A stretch of 64,000 nt of DNA from Christensenellales bacterium (lineage in GTDB: Bacteria > Bacillota > Clostridia > Christensenellales > UMGS416), in assembly GCA_050948665.1 (NCBI GenBank), contig JBMNEH010000001.1:1891079-1955078 (forward strand). The letters are read 5' to 3'. Below, piece after piece: positions 30,835-39,924 of this stretch (positions are counted from its first letter, which is position 1; the number at the start of each line of letters is the position of its first letter). The notes beneath the pieces were generated by a model. The model was not told where the DNA came from. It worked only from the letters and a program-made list of their open reading frames with translations, and ran no database searches. A program made the position numbers and the translations under genes.

Positions 30835-30886
30835 TTTTTTACCTCCTTGTTTTTGCCGGGTCATGTACACGCTTCCGTGTGTGCCC

Positions 30887-31010
30887 CAGCCAAAAAGCCG
30901 CAAAAAAGCCCCTTGGCTGCTCCTGACCCGTCGCCCGATTATCGGACCCTTGTCCACGGAAGTGACCCGGATGGCTTTCCGGCAATCTCCCGCTTCATCC
31001 CGTTCAGGAT
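30887..31010 (-). promoter_or_regulatory. S10-operon structured leader (Firmicutes S10-leader-like)
   Basis: Minus strand GATGAAGCGGGAGATTGCCG...TTCCGTGGACAAGGGTCC...GGGCGA resembles the leader I recall before rpsJ in Firmicutes; distal cagccaa/ttggctg stem. Confidence 0.55.
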
Positions 31011-31043
31011 TCTGCTGCCCTTTTGCCAGCAACGATGCAAACT

Positions 31044-31083
31044 GCAGCCTGCCCATAATACAGGAAACGGGCAGGCTGCGCAA
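31044..31083 (-). promoter_or_regulatory. S10-operon promoter embedded in an 11-bp inverted repeat
   Basis: TTGCGC(31078-31083)-17nt-TATTAT(31055-31060); arms 31044-31054 and 31069-31079. Confidence 0.55.
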
Positions 31084-31138
31084 GATTCCGGAGAAATTTC
31101 TCTATATCTTATATATATTTTTCATTATTTTGTGCATT

Positions 31139-32944
31139 TTATACATATTTTTCTTCTTCCTCCTCTTCCGTCGCCGGGTTTTCTCTCGCTGCAGTGTCAT
31201 CCTTGGATAATTGCTCCCCGGCAAGCCTGGCGAAGAAACCGCCTCTTTGAATCAGGTCGTCGAATTTACCCTCCTCAGCAACCTTTCCGTTCTGGAGAAC
31301 CAGTATGTGATCCGCCTTCCGAACGGTCGTAAGGCGATGAGCAATCACCAAAATAGTGCGGGTTCCTGCCAATTTATCAATGGAATCCTGTATCTGCGCC
31401 TCTGTCTCGGTATCTACGGAGGAGGTCGCTTCATCCAATATCAGTACCGGCGTTTTTCGCAGAATTGCCCGTGCGATCGAGATTCTCTGCTTCTGTCCGC
31501 CGGAAAGACGAAGGCCTCTCTCACCCACAAGGGTATCATATCCCATTGGCATGACCCTTATAAAGCCATCCGCACCGGCGGCAACCGCGGCCTCCCGTAT
31601 CTCCTCGGGAGTCGCCTCAGGCACACCGTAAGCAATGTTCTCGGCGACGGTACCGTGGAAGAGAAACACATCCTGCAGTACTATGGATATCTGCCTTCGA
31701 AGAGAGGCAAGAGTCAACCCCCTGATATCTTTTCCATCCAGCAGTATCTGCCCAGAAACCGGGTCAAAAAAACGTTCGATCAGTGAACAGATCGTACTTT
31801 TCCCCACACCAGTCGGGCCGACCAATGCCAACATTTGCCCCGGGCGGGCCGTAAAGGAAACATCCTGCAGCACAGGCTCGGAAGGATCATAGTGGAAGGT
31901 CACATGAGAAAACGTTACTTCTCCCCGACACTCCGCAATCTCCTCGGCGTCAGGGGCATCGGTAATTTCAGATTCGGCGTCCAGTATCTCAAATACACGG
32001 ATCGCACCGGCATATGCCATCTGCACATCCTCCACCAAACGGGCCAGCACCGCCAGAGGAGCGTAAAAAAGGGATAAGTACATCATAAAGCCCACGATAT
32101 CCGAGACGGACATCTCTCCCCTAAGAGAAAGCAGTCCCCCCAGTCCGACCACGATCACGGTACCCATGGAGGTCAGGAACTCCACCGAGGGATGGAAAAG
32201 GGCGTTGACGAAATTGGCATGGATATTCACCCGGGCATACTCCTCCCGGCGAGCATCCATACCCATGTACTCCCTCTCCTCCTGCCCGAAAGCCTGGATC
32301 TCCCGCATACCCGACAGTTTTTCCTGCATCGCGCCGCTTAACTCCCCGAACACCTTCTGGTTGATACGAAACAACGGCGCTACCTTTTTTGAGAATCGGC
32401 TGCCTACCCATACCACCAGCGGCACTGGTATAAGGGTTATCAGCGCAAGCACGGGATTGATGACAAAAAGCATCACGCCTACCGAGAGTATAACCAATAC
32501 ATTGCTGCATAGATCGGGCAGGGCATGGGCGATCAGGATTTCCAGCTGCCGGGTGTCGTTCAGCGCTCTTGCCATGATTTGTCCTGTCTGTTTATCCTGA
32601 TAATACCTCATGGAAAGAGTTTGCAGCTTATCATACACCATCAGCGTCAGATCAGAGACAAACCTCCAAGCCGCCAGATGACTCACCGACATGTTTAAAA
32701 AGCGGCAGAAAGCCCGCAGCAGGTAGGCGGACGACAGCACCGCCACAAAAATCAGCAGCGCCTTCGGGGTCAGCGTTTTTATCTCCATTGAGGCGATCAG
32801 ACGGCGGATGATTTCCGGTGTGACAAGGTTCAGCAAAGCAGCGCCCAGCACCCCCAGGGCAGCAATGGCAATCTTTCCCCAATGCTTCCTGGCCATGATC
32901 AACAGGCGGTAACCAAGCTTCATTCTATCCCTCCAGGAAAGCAA
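31139..32944 (-). CDS. ABC exporter, fused permease + ATPase (MsbA/MdlA family)
   Basis: TM domain, GPTGVGKST, LSGGQKQRISIARA, LILDEATSSVD, IAHRL. Confidence 0.95.
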   Translation of the reverse strand: MLSWRDRMKLGYRLLIMARKHWGKIAIAALGVLGAALLNLVTPEIIRRLIASMEIKTLTPKALLIFVAVLSSAYLLRAFCRFLNMSVSHLAAWRFVSDLTLMVYDKLQTLSMRYYQDKQTGQIMARALNDTRQLEILIAHALPDLCSNVLVILSVGVMLFVINPVLALITLIPVPLVVWVGSRFSKKVAPLFRINQKVFGELSGAMQEKLSGMREIQAFGQEEREYMGMDARREEYARVNIHANFVNALFHPSVEFLTSMGTVIVVGLGGLLSLRGEMSVSDIVGFMMYLSLFYAPLAVLARLVEDVQMAYAGAIRVFEILDAESEITDAPDAEEIAECRGEVTFSHVTFHYDPSEPVLQDVSFTARPGQMLALVGPTGVGKSTICSLIERFFDPVSGQILLDGKDIRGLTLASLRRQISIVLQDVFLFHGTVAENIAYGVPEATPEEIREAAVAAGADGFIRVMPMGYDTLVGERGLRLSGGQKQRISIARAILRKTPVLILDEATSSVDTETEAQIQDSIDKLAGTRTILVIAHRLTTVRKADHILVLQNGKVAEEGKFDDLIQRGGFFARLAGEQLSKDDTAARENPATEEEEEEKYV

Positions 32945-33875
32945 TTTGTTCAGGCGTCAGTTTTCGCTCCAACACTTCTATATTCTCTTCCAGCGCCTCC
33001 CGGCGCCGGGTGGAAAATATGGGGAATACATTCATGGGCGATGCCAAGGTATACGCCAGCGCTACCTGGTTGGCCGTCATTCCCAGATTCCCCGCCAGCT
33101 CCTCCGCACGGGCAAGGCGGCGAAAATTAATCGGATCATGGAAAGCTTTCGACGCAAAGGGGCCCAGTATCTCCCTTGCCTTTTCCGGCTCGTCGGGACG
33201 AAATCTGCCAGAGAAAAAGCCGGACGCCAGAGAGGAATACGCAAACACCGGCGTTTGCGTGCTGACATACCATTCTCTTTCCTCAGCCATGGCTTCCCCT
33301 GTCAGTGTGACGCAACGCCAGCCCCAGGGATCCCGCACCGTCACGGCCAGTGAATATTGCGGGCTTGACAGCGTAAAGGACGTCAGCCTTTTTTCCCTGG
33401 CGTATTCATTGGCCTCCCTGATACGAGCAGCTGTCCAGTTAGATCCGCCATACGCCCCGATTCTTCCCTGCTCCTTCAGGCTGTGAAGCAGCTCCACGAT
33501 CGTCCCAACGGGCTGAGTGGGGTCATCCCTGTGGAGAAGGTACAGTTCCACCCGTTTGCGTCCCAGTTTGGCAAATGAAGTGGAAAGATCGCTCATTAAA
33601 TCATAGGGAGTGACCCGTTCCCGCCAAGATGTGGGGTGGCAGCCCTTTGTCAGGACATTCACCTCCTCCTCCAATCCCCTGCGCCGTATCCAGTCTCCGA
33701 GGGCGGCTTCGCTGTCCCCATACACAGCCGCTGTATCAAATGTATTGATCCCGGCGGCAAACACAGCGTCCAGTATTTCATCGGCGGGCTTGCCCTGGTT
33801 CATGGGCGCGAATGCGGTACCGAAGACCAACCGGGAAACCGGCAGTTTCAGCCCCTCTATTCTTGCGTATTCCAT
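32925..33875 (-). CDS. Aldo/keto reductase
   Basis: SRLVFGT, NTFDTAAVYGDSE, TKG, LYLLHRDD, GGSNW. Confidence 0.93.
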   Translation of the reverse strand: MEYARIEGLKLPVSRLVFGTAFAPMNQGKPADEILDAVFAAGINTFDTAAVYGDSEAALGDWIRRRGLEEEVNVLTKGCHPTSWRERVTPYDLMSDLSTSFAKLGRKRVELYLLHRDDPTQPVGTIVELLHSLKEQGRIGAYGGSNWTAARIREANEYAREKRLTSFTLSSPQYSLAVTVRDPWGWRCVTLTGEAMAEEREWYVSTQTPVFAYSSLASGFFSGRFRPDEPEKAREILGPFASKAFHDPINFRRLARAEELAGNLGMTANQVALAYTLASPMNVFPIFSTRRREALEENIEVLERKLTPEQIAFLEG

Positions 33876-34932
33876 CTTTCTTCCTCTCTTTGTGTGTCAG
33901 CCGTTTTCTGGGCCGGACAGCGATTCTCCCTGCCTCCAGCGTATGCCGCAAAGACATCGCCATATCGGGTACGGTCCAGCACATCCCGCAATATTGCGGA
34001 AAAGTAAGGAGTACCGACCTTCCCCGCGGCATCCAGGAAATACTCCCCTTCGCCATCGGCAATATACAGCCTCTCGCCGCCGCCTCGGGCAATATCAACA
34101 TATTTCCGCATCTCGATATATCCTTCGGTGCAGAGGACCAGCGTCCGTCCGTCGCCCCAGGCGGACAGGCCGGGCGGGGTGAACCAATCCACCCTGCAGT
34201 AGCCGGATACGCCTCCGGGCGACAGCAGGTTCATCTCTCCGAAATCCTCCAGCCCAGGATACTGCGGATGATGCAGATTCACCGCCCTGGCGTACCGCAC
34301 CTCCTCGGTTTCTATTCCGGCATAGGCAAGAAACTGCTCTGCCTGATGGCATCCGATATCCGCCAGGATCCCGCTGTACCGGTGCTTTTGAAAAAAACCA
34401 CGGCTCCCGCGTTTCCGGCGAAAGCCGGTGGGGACCCCAACCTATGATCTGTATCACTTTCCCGAGCGCACCGGTTCGCAGGATCTCTCCTGCCCACATC
34501 CCGGCCTCGATGTGCAGCCGTTCGGAGTAGTACACATAATACTTCCGTCCGGTAGCTCTCACGGAGGTTTCGATGGCGTCGGCTTGTGAAAGCGTGATAA
34601 ACGGCGCCTTGTCACAAAGAAATCCTTGCCCGCCTCCATACATTGAACCGCCCATCCGGCGCGGTCGACCGGTATGGCGGCACAGACTGCCAGCTGAACG
34701 CTTTCGTCTCCCATCAGCGCGTCCGGGGAAAAGTACGTCCTTGCCTCGGGGAATATCCTTTGAAAGACGGCAACCTTCCCCGGGTCTTCATCCCATACAC
34801 CTGCGATCTCCCCCGCCTGCCTGTGTCAACGCACCGCACATACCGCAGATATGACCATGCGCCAGCCCCAATGCTGCTGCCCGCACTGCGCCCCGGGGAA
34901 CGGTAGCCGGCGAGGTTCGTATCGCTTCTCAA
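33857..34932 (-). pseudogene. Gfo/Idh/MocA-family oxidoreductase broken by 5-6 single-base indels
   Basis: Stitched reading: AAALGLAHGHICGMC..EIAGVWDEDP..AAIPVDRA..EAGKDFF[C]DKAP..YSERLHIE..GWGPHRL..GILADIGCHQAEQF..EDFGE..GTEGYIEMRKY..RTDMAMS. Confidence 0.8.
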
Positions 34933-34959
34933 GCGTATCGATCCTTTCCTCCCGTGAAA

Positions 34960-34983
34960 GAAAAGCGGCGGTTAAACCGCCGC
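34960..34983 (-). terminator. Intrinsic terminator after ureidoglycolate-lyase-like gene
   Basis: minus strand gcggcgg-tttaa-ccgccgc followed by ttttcttt. Confidence 0.7.
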
Positions 34984-34994
34984 CACAACAAGTC

Positions 34995-35498
34995 TTATCC
35001 GATGACCTCCACCTGCTCCTCCTCGGACAGCATTTTAAAGACAATGTCGTTTCCGAAGGTTCGCTCCGTCAGCATGATGAGAATATGGGCTTCCGGCTTG
35101 CTGCAGAATTGGGTCCCATGGATGATGTAGCTGTTCAACCTGACAAATGTACCCTTAGGGATACGAAAAGCACGCAGATTCTCGGTAGACAACTCCCGGC
35201 GGTAAAGCGTACCCACGTAGATCACAATATCGTCGTCCAAGGGCAGCATACCCTCGCAGGTATTCCTGTGGTACTCCAGAAAGCGTATGACACGCTTGTC
35301 CTGTTTTTTTACCGTAGCCACCGAAATGGTGGGCAGGGCAGCGGGGGAGAAATGCATGTAAATCAAATCGGGAGCAAACCCTCCCGCACCGTTAATGGAT
35401 GCCGCGGCAATCGCCTCATTGTCCACCAGGCTTTGGTATACACCGAATTTCCGAAAAGACTCCGGGGACAGTTCTTCAACGGGAATGTTTTTCATCAT
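34995..35498 (-). CDS. Ureidoglycolate lyase (AllA)-like cupin
   Basis: IPVEELSPESFRKFG, FLEYHRNTCEGMLPL, RAFRIPKGTFVRLNSYIIHG; start ATG 35498 behind GGAGG. Confidence 0.75.
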   Translation of the reverse strand: MMKNIPVEELSPESFRKFGVYQSLVDNEAIAAASINGAGGFAPDLIYMHFSPAALPTISVATVKKQDKRVIRFLEYHRNTCEGMLPLDDDIVIYVGTLYRRELSTENLRAFRIPKGTFVRLNSYIIHGTQFCSKPEAHILIMLTERTFGNDIVFKMLSEEEQVEVIG

Positions 35499-35643
35499 AT
35501 ACCTCCAAGACCATATCCGTGATACCGTTATTATACATCCCACTGTCTGTCCATTACCAGTAAGAAGACTTCCAATTTTTCTTCGGAATTTTCCTTGAGT
35601 TACACAAAACTCCCGTTTTTCGCGGAGATTGTGTTTCAAAAAC

Positions 35644-37089
35644 TTACCGGGGGATCTGGGAGAAGGCAGGAGTGTAACGGTATTCCGTCAGCGTCATTGT
35701 GATCGTACCAGACTGGATACCCCGAATAACGGAGAATACCAGAACATCTCCGGGAGAATGGGAATTCAATATCCCGGTGACTTCATCTCCCGTGAAGACC
35801 GCCACACCGTCCACGGCGGTGATGCAATCCGCTATCTCGAATCCGGCTCTGGCAGCATCGGAGCCTTCATCCAAATCAAAGACGTAGACACCTGTCTGGT
35901 TGACCCGGTACAAACGGGCCATCTGGCTGGTGGTGATATCCAGAAAAGTGAAGCCGGGGCGAATCCGTCCGGAAATGTACCCCTTTTCCATCAGTTCCTC
36001 CACGATCCCTTTGACAATGTTGGAGGGGATCGCGTAACCGAGTCCCTCTAACTCCGTACCCACGGTCTTAGCTTCCACGATGCCGATCAGCTCGCCCCTG
36101 TCGTTAAAGAGTCCGCCGCCCGAGTTCCCGGGGTTAATAGCCGCATTTGTCTGCAGCAGCACTCGGGTCGTATCACCCACTGTCATCTCCCGGCCCACGG
36201 CGGAGATAATACCATCCGTTACGGTTCCGCCGAGAGTCCCTAACGGGTTGCCGATTGCCACCACATAATCACCGGGAACCAGCGTATCCGAGTCGCCGAA
36301 GGTAGCGGGCGTTAGCCCCTCAGTATCGATCTTCAGTACTGCCAGGTCAGATTCCGGGTCGGAGCCTATCAGCGCGGCCGTATAGATCTCCTTATTGTTC
36401 AGACGCACGGCAATGGTGCTGGCATCCTCGATCACGTGGTGGTTGGTGACAATATAGCCCCCGGAGGTGAGGATCACCCCGCTGCCGGCGCTCTCCGATA
36501 CTGAGGCTCCTCCCCAGTAGCTGGCAGTTACGATTTGTGTCTGAATCTCCACAACAGAATCCAGATTTTTCGCGGCAATACCTCTGGCGTCCAGTGTTTC
36601 CCCTCCCTCCTCCGCAATCTGCAGCGGAGAAGCGGTTTCCTCAGGAGCTGGAACATCGGTAACGGCCGGCGCTTCCGTAGTGACGCTTTCATCTGTAAAG
36701 CCGGTAGAAAATGCGGAACCGGCGGAGGAAATCGATTCCGTCGCAGCAGGCAAAGCAATCTGAAGGGCAGCTCTCCGTGCCAACCAACTGCCGAAGAAGC
36801 CGATCAACCCTGCCGCTACCAGGCCCACAGCCAGCCATATTCGAAGACCGCCCCTGCTTTTCTTGGGAGGCTGAGGGGGAATGGGCGGCGGGGATGCGCC
36901 GGTACTGTCCCCGGTATGGTAGTAATAAGTATAAGACCCTGAAGCCGCATTGATCTCCTCACGGGGAGCCCCGTCATCCGTCTTCACGGTCTGTTCTTTC
37001 GCGGTATCTTCCGTCCCTGCGGCCGATGTCCAGGTGGGACCATCCTTCTCCGGATTCGCGCGGTAACCGTCATTTTTATAATCGTTCAT
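35644..37089 (-). CDS. htrA: HtrA/DegP-family membrane serine protease with PDZ
   Basis: TM anchor, GSGVI, VTNHHV, DLAVLK, AAINPGNSGGGL, C-terminal PDZ. Confidence 0.95.
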   Translation of the reverse strand: MNDYKNDGYRANPEKDGPTWTSAAGTEDTAKEQTVKTDDGAPREEINAASGSYTYYYHTGDSTGASPPPIPPQPPKKSRGGLRIWLAVGLVAAGLIGFFGSWLARRAALQIALPAATESISSAGSAFSTGFTDESVTTEAPAVTDVPAPEETASPLQIAEEGGETLDARGIAAKNLDSVVEIQTQIVTASYWGGASVSESAGSGVILTSGGYIVTNHHVIEDASTIAVRLNNKEIYTAALIGSDPESDLAVLKIDTEGLTPATFGDSDTLVPGDYVVAIGNPLGTLGGTVTDGIISAVGREMTVGDTTRVLLQTNAAINPGNSGGGLFNDRGELIGIVEAKTVGTELEGLGYAIPSNIVKGIVEELMEKGYISGRIRPGFTFLDITTSQMARLYRVNQTGVYVFDLDEGSDAARAGFEIADCITAVDGVAVFTGDEVTGILNSHSPGDVLVFSVIRGIQSGTITMTLTEYRYTPAFSQIPR

Positions 37090-37107
37090 TGCGACTGCCT
37101 CCTTATC

Positions 37108-37121
37108 ATTGATTAATCAAT
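37108..37121. promoter_or_regulatory. Perfect 14-bp palindrome ATTGATTAATCAAT just upstream of htrA RBS
   Basis: Seen directly; operator function inferred. Confidence 0.4.
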
Positions 37122-37186
37122 ATAAATATGCGCTCCGTTGATGAAAAAGACATGAACCCGGAATGAAATAAGTATGAAACCGGGTG

Positions 37187-37897
37187 TCAGATCCGGGTTC
37201 CCAGCGAAGAGCGTATGTCCTGTATCAGTCCCTGCCCGTTAAAGCTGAAGAAGTCCTCGCCGGAAAAAATCATATGGTCCAGTACCGGTATACCGATACC
37301 ATCCAATACGGAAATCATTCGCCTAGTAAACTGCACATCCTCCGCGGATGGCTCCGCCTTTCCGCCCGGATGGTTATGAGCAAACACAACTGCCGCGCAG
37401 CCGGACCGGAGTGCCGTTGCCACCAATCTTTGCGGATCTACCCGGGTTTCCGTCGCAGTGCCCTCCGCTACACATTCGCTTTGAAGCAGCCGCTGCGCCG
37501 CATCCAGGCAGAGCAGATAAAAACATTCCCCCTTCCTGTCTTGGAACAGCGGGCCGAGATATGCCGCGATCTGTAACGGTGTGCACATTTCCATCTGCGA
37601 CGGCTGTTCTTCCAAGCGGAGCCTTGTATGCAGCGGCAGTATCATTTCAAGAAGAGAAGCGGTATGCTCCCCCACTCCCTCTACCAACATAAGCTCCTCC
37701 CGGGAAGCGGAAAAAACACCCCGCAGGGAACCAAACCGCCCCAACAGGGTATGAGCCAGGACATTGGTATCCTTCCGTGGCACAGCATAGAAAAGCAGCA
37801 GCTCCAACACCTCGTGGGGGGCGAAGCCTTCCAGACCTTGCCGGAGAAAGCGTTCTTTCATCCGGCTGCGATGACCCCGGTGGGGCTGTCCGTCCAT
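37187..37897 (-). CDS. radC: RadC/JAB-domain protein
   Basis: HRGHRSRMKERF, ELLLFYAVPR, HNHPGG..EPSAED, VLDHMI. Confidence 0.95.
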   Translation of the reverse strand: MDGQPHRGHRSRMKERFLRQGLEGFAPHEVLELLLFYAVPRKDTNVLAHTLLGRFGSLRGVFSASREELMLVEGVGEHTASLLEMILPLHTRLRLEEQPSQMEMCTPLQIAAYLGPLFQDRKGECFYLLCLDAAQRLLQSECVAEGTATETRVDPQRLVATALRSGCAAVVFAHNHPGGKAEPSAEDVQFTRRMISVLDGIGIPVLDHMIFSGEDFFSFNGQGLIQDIRSSLGTRI

Positions 37898-37900
37898 ACG

Positions 37901-38845
37901 TTATCGCGCCTCCCTGTCATAAGGCATTGATAAAGCGGCCGGCGCTGCCACGACCTTCCGGTCTTTGCCTCCAAACCGGCCGGTTACTACGATAAGCACC
38001 AACACTGTCGCAATATAGGGTAACATGGAGAAAAAGGCGATGGGTACATTCACCCCCAGCGCCTGAAGGCGGAAACCCAGTATGGAAATAAAACCGAACA
38101 GATAGCTTCCCAAAATTGTCCTGAGCGGTTTCCAGGTAGCGAAGATTACCAATGCCACGGCGATCCATCCCTGGCCGGCAGTGATGGTATCCACCCAGGT
38201 GGAGTTATACGCAAGGGAAAGATAGGCACCTCCCAATCCGCAAAGCGCCCCGCTGATGAGCGTCGCGCCGTAACGAATCGCATTGACATGAATGCCCGCA
38301 GCGTCGGCTGCGCCGGGATTTTCCCCCACTGCCCGAAGCTTCATACCCAACCGGGTGCGAGTGAATACGAACCAGCAGAGGATCACCAGCAATATCGACA
38401 GATATACCAGCAGATTTTGGCTGAAAAAGGCCTCGCCCAATACCGGGATCTTGCTGAGCAGGGGGATTTCCATTCCCTGAAAACCGGCCGCCCGGGTAAC
38501 GCCCACATATTTTCCGCCGATAAAGTTAGCCAGACCAACGCCGAATATGGTCAGCGCCAGACCGGACACCACTTGATTGGCTTTTAAAGAGATACATAAA
38601 ACACTATGGATCAAGGCTATGGCCGCGCCGGCCAGCACAGCCGCCAGCACCCCCAGCAACAGAGAAGAGGTGGCTTGCACTGCCGTAAACCCGGCAATGG
38701 CCCCCACGATCATCATGCCCTCCACACCAAGGTTGGACACCCCCGATTTCTCGTTGATAATGGCGCCAAGGGAGGCGATCAGCATTGCTGTTCCCGCGGA
38801 AACGGTCGCCGCCAGTGTGCTTGAGATAAAATCGAGTATATTCAT
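37901..38845 (-). CDS. Nucleoside/sugar ABC transporter permease (NupC/YufQ type)
   Basis: EKSGVSNLGVEGMM, RAVGENPGAADAAGI, GQGWIAVALV. Confidence 0.9.
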   Translation of the reverse strand: MNILDFISSTLAATVSAGTAMLIASLGAIINEKSGVSNLGVEGMMIVGAIAGFTAVQATSSLLLGVLAAVLAGAAIALIHSVLCISLKANQVVSGLALTIFGVGLANFIGGKYVGVTRAAGFQGMEIPLLSKIPVLGEAFFSQNLLVYLSILLVILCWFVFTRTRLGMKLRAVGENPGAADAAGIHVNAIRYGATLISGALCGLGGAYLSLAYNSTWVDTITAGQGWIAVALVIFATWKPLRTILGSYLFGFISILGFRLQALGVNVPIAFFSMLPYIATVLVLIVVTGRFGGKDRKVVAAPAALSMPYDREAR

Positions 38846-39924
38846 GCCTTTTTCTCCTCCCGGCGTTTCACGACCAGCTTATACCGGGTAACAAAGTCCA
38901 GACCGAGAACAAAAAACAAAATAACTCCTTCGATGACTTGGGACAGCGCAGCAGATATGCCCATAGCCCGGAGGTATACGCCGCCGGTAAGCAGCGCGCC
39001 CATCAGCAGGGACATAGCCACCAGCGCCACAGGATTCAATCGGGCCAGCCATGCAATGATGACGGCTGTAAACCCGTAGCCGCCGGATATGCCGCTCTCG
39101 ATTCGCTGGGAAACACCTGCTAGCTCGCTTACTCCAGCCAGCCCGGCAATGGCGCCGGAAACGGCCATTACAACCAATATCTGCGATGTCACATTCATGC
39201 CGGCATAGCGGGCGGCTTTGGGGCTTTCCCCGATTGCCCGCACCTCATACCCCCACTTGCTCCAGTTGATGAATACGGCGAACAACACCACAAGTATCAC
39301 ACCCACAAGTAAACCAAGGTGGATATCTGTACCCGGCAGTTTTGGGAACCAGCCGTTTTTCGATATCTGCGCAGCCATGGGGAAGGCCTTCTGCGCTGGA
39401 TCTCTCCACGGGCCCGTAATCAGATACTGCAGCCATAAAGCGGCCACGTAATTGAGCATCAGGGTGATGATGGTCTCATTCACGCCCCAAAGCGCCCGGG
39501 GCGCAGCCGCCAGCAGTCCCCAAAGCGCTCCGGCTGCCATGCCGGCCGTCATCATCAGAGGGATCAGCAGATATGCCGGCAATGCGGGGAACAGCATGCA
39601 AATGCCGGTAGCGGCAAAGGCGCCCATAGCAATTTGCCCTTCCGCGCCGATATTCCAAAGCTTCATTTTAAAGGCGACGGCTACGCCCACTGATGTAATA
39701 ATCAGAGGGGTAGACTTGGCGATCGTATCCAATATGCCATATTCCGTAAATATCGGGTTGATAAACATGGTTTTCAGGATCTGCGCCAGCTTCTCCCCAT
39801 AACCAAGCGCCCATAAAAGCAGGGCCGATACCCCTACAGAGACAGCCAGCGCAAGCAGTCTCATCCCAAGGATCGAGCCGGAGGTCCCCTCCATCCTTTT
39901 CTCAAAAGTGACTGTATATTTCAT
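38842..39924 (-). CDS. Nucleoside/sugar ABC transporter permease (NupB/YufP type)
   Basis: LWNIGAEGQ, NETIITLMLNY, GYEVRAIGESPKAARYAG, GYGFTAVIIAWL. Confidence 0.9.
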   Translation of the reverse strand: MKYTVTFEKRMEGTSGSILGMRLLALAVSVGVSALLLWALGYGEKLAQILKTMFINPIFTEYGILDTIAKSTPLIITSVGVAVAFKMKLWNIGAEGQIAMGAFAATGICMLFPALPAYLLIPLMMTAGMAAGALWGLLAAAPRALWGVNETIITLMLNYVAALWLQYLITGPWRDPAQKAFPMAAQISKNGWFPKLPGTDIHLGLLVGVILVVLFAVFINWSKWGYEVRAIGESPKAARYAGMNVTSQILVVMAVSGAIAGLAGVSELAGVSQRIESGISGGYGFTAVIIAWLARLNPVALVAMSLLMGALLTGGVYLRAMGISAALSQVIEGVILFFVLGLDFVTRYKLVVKRREEKKA

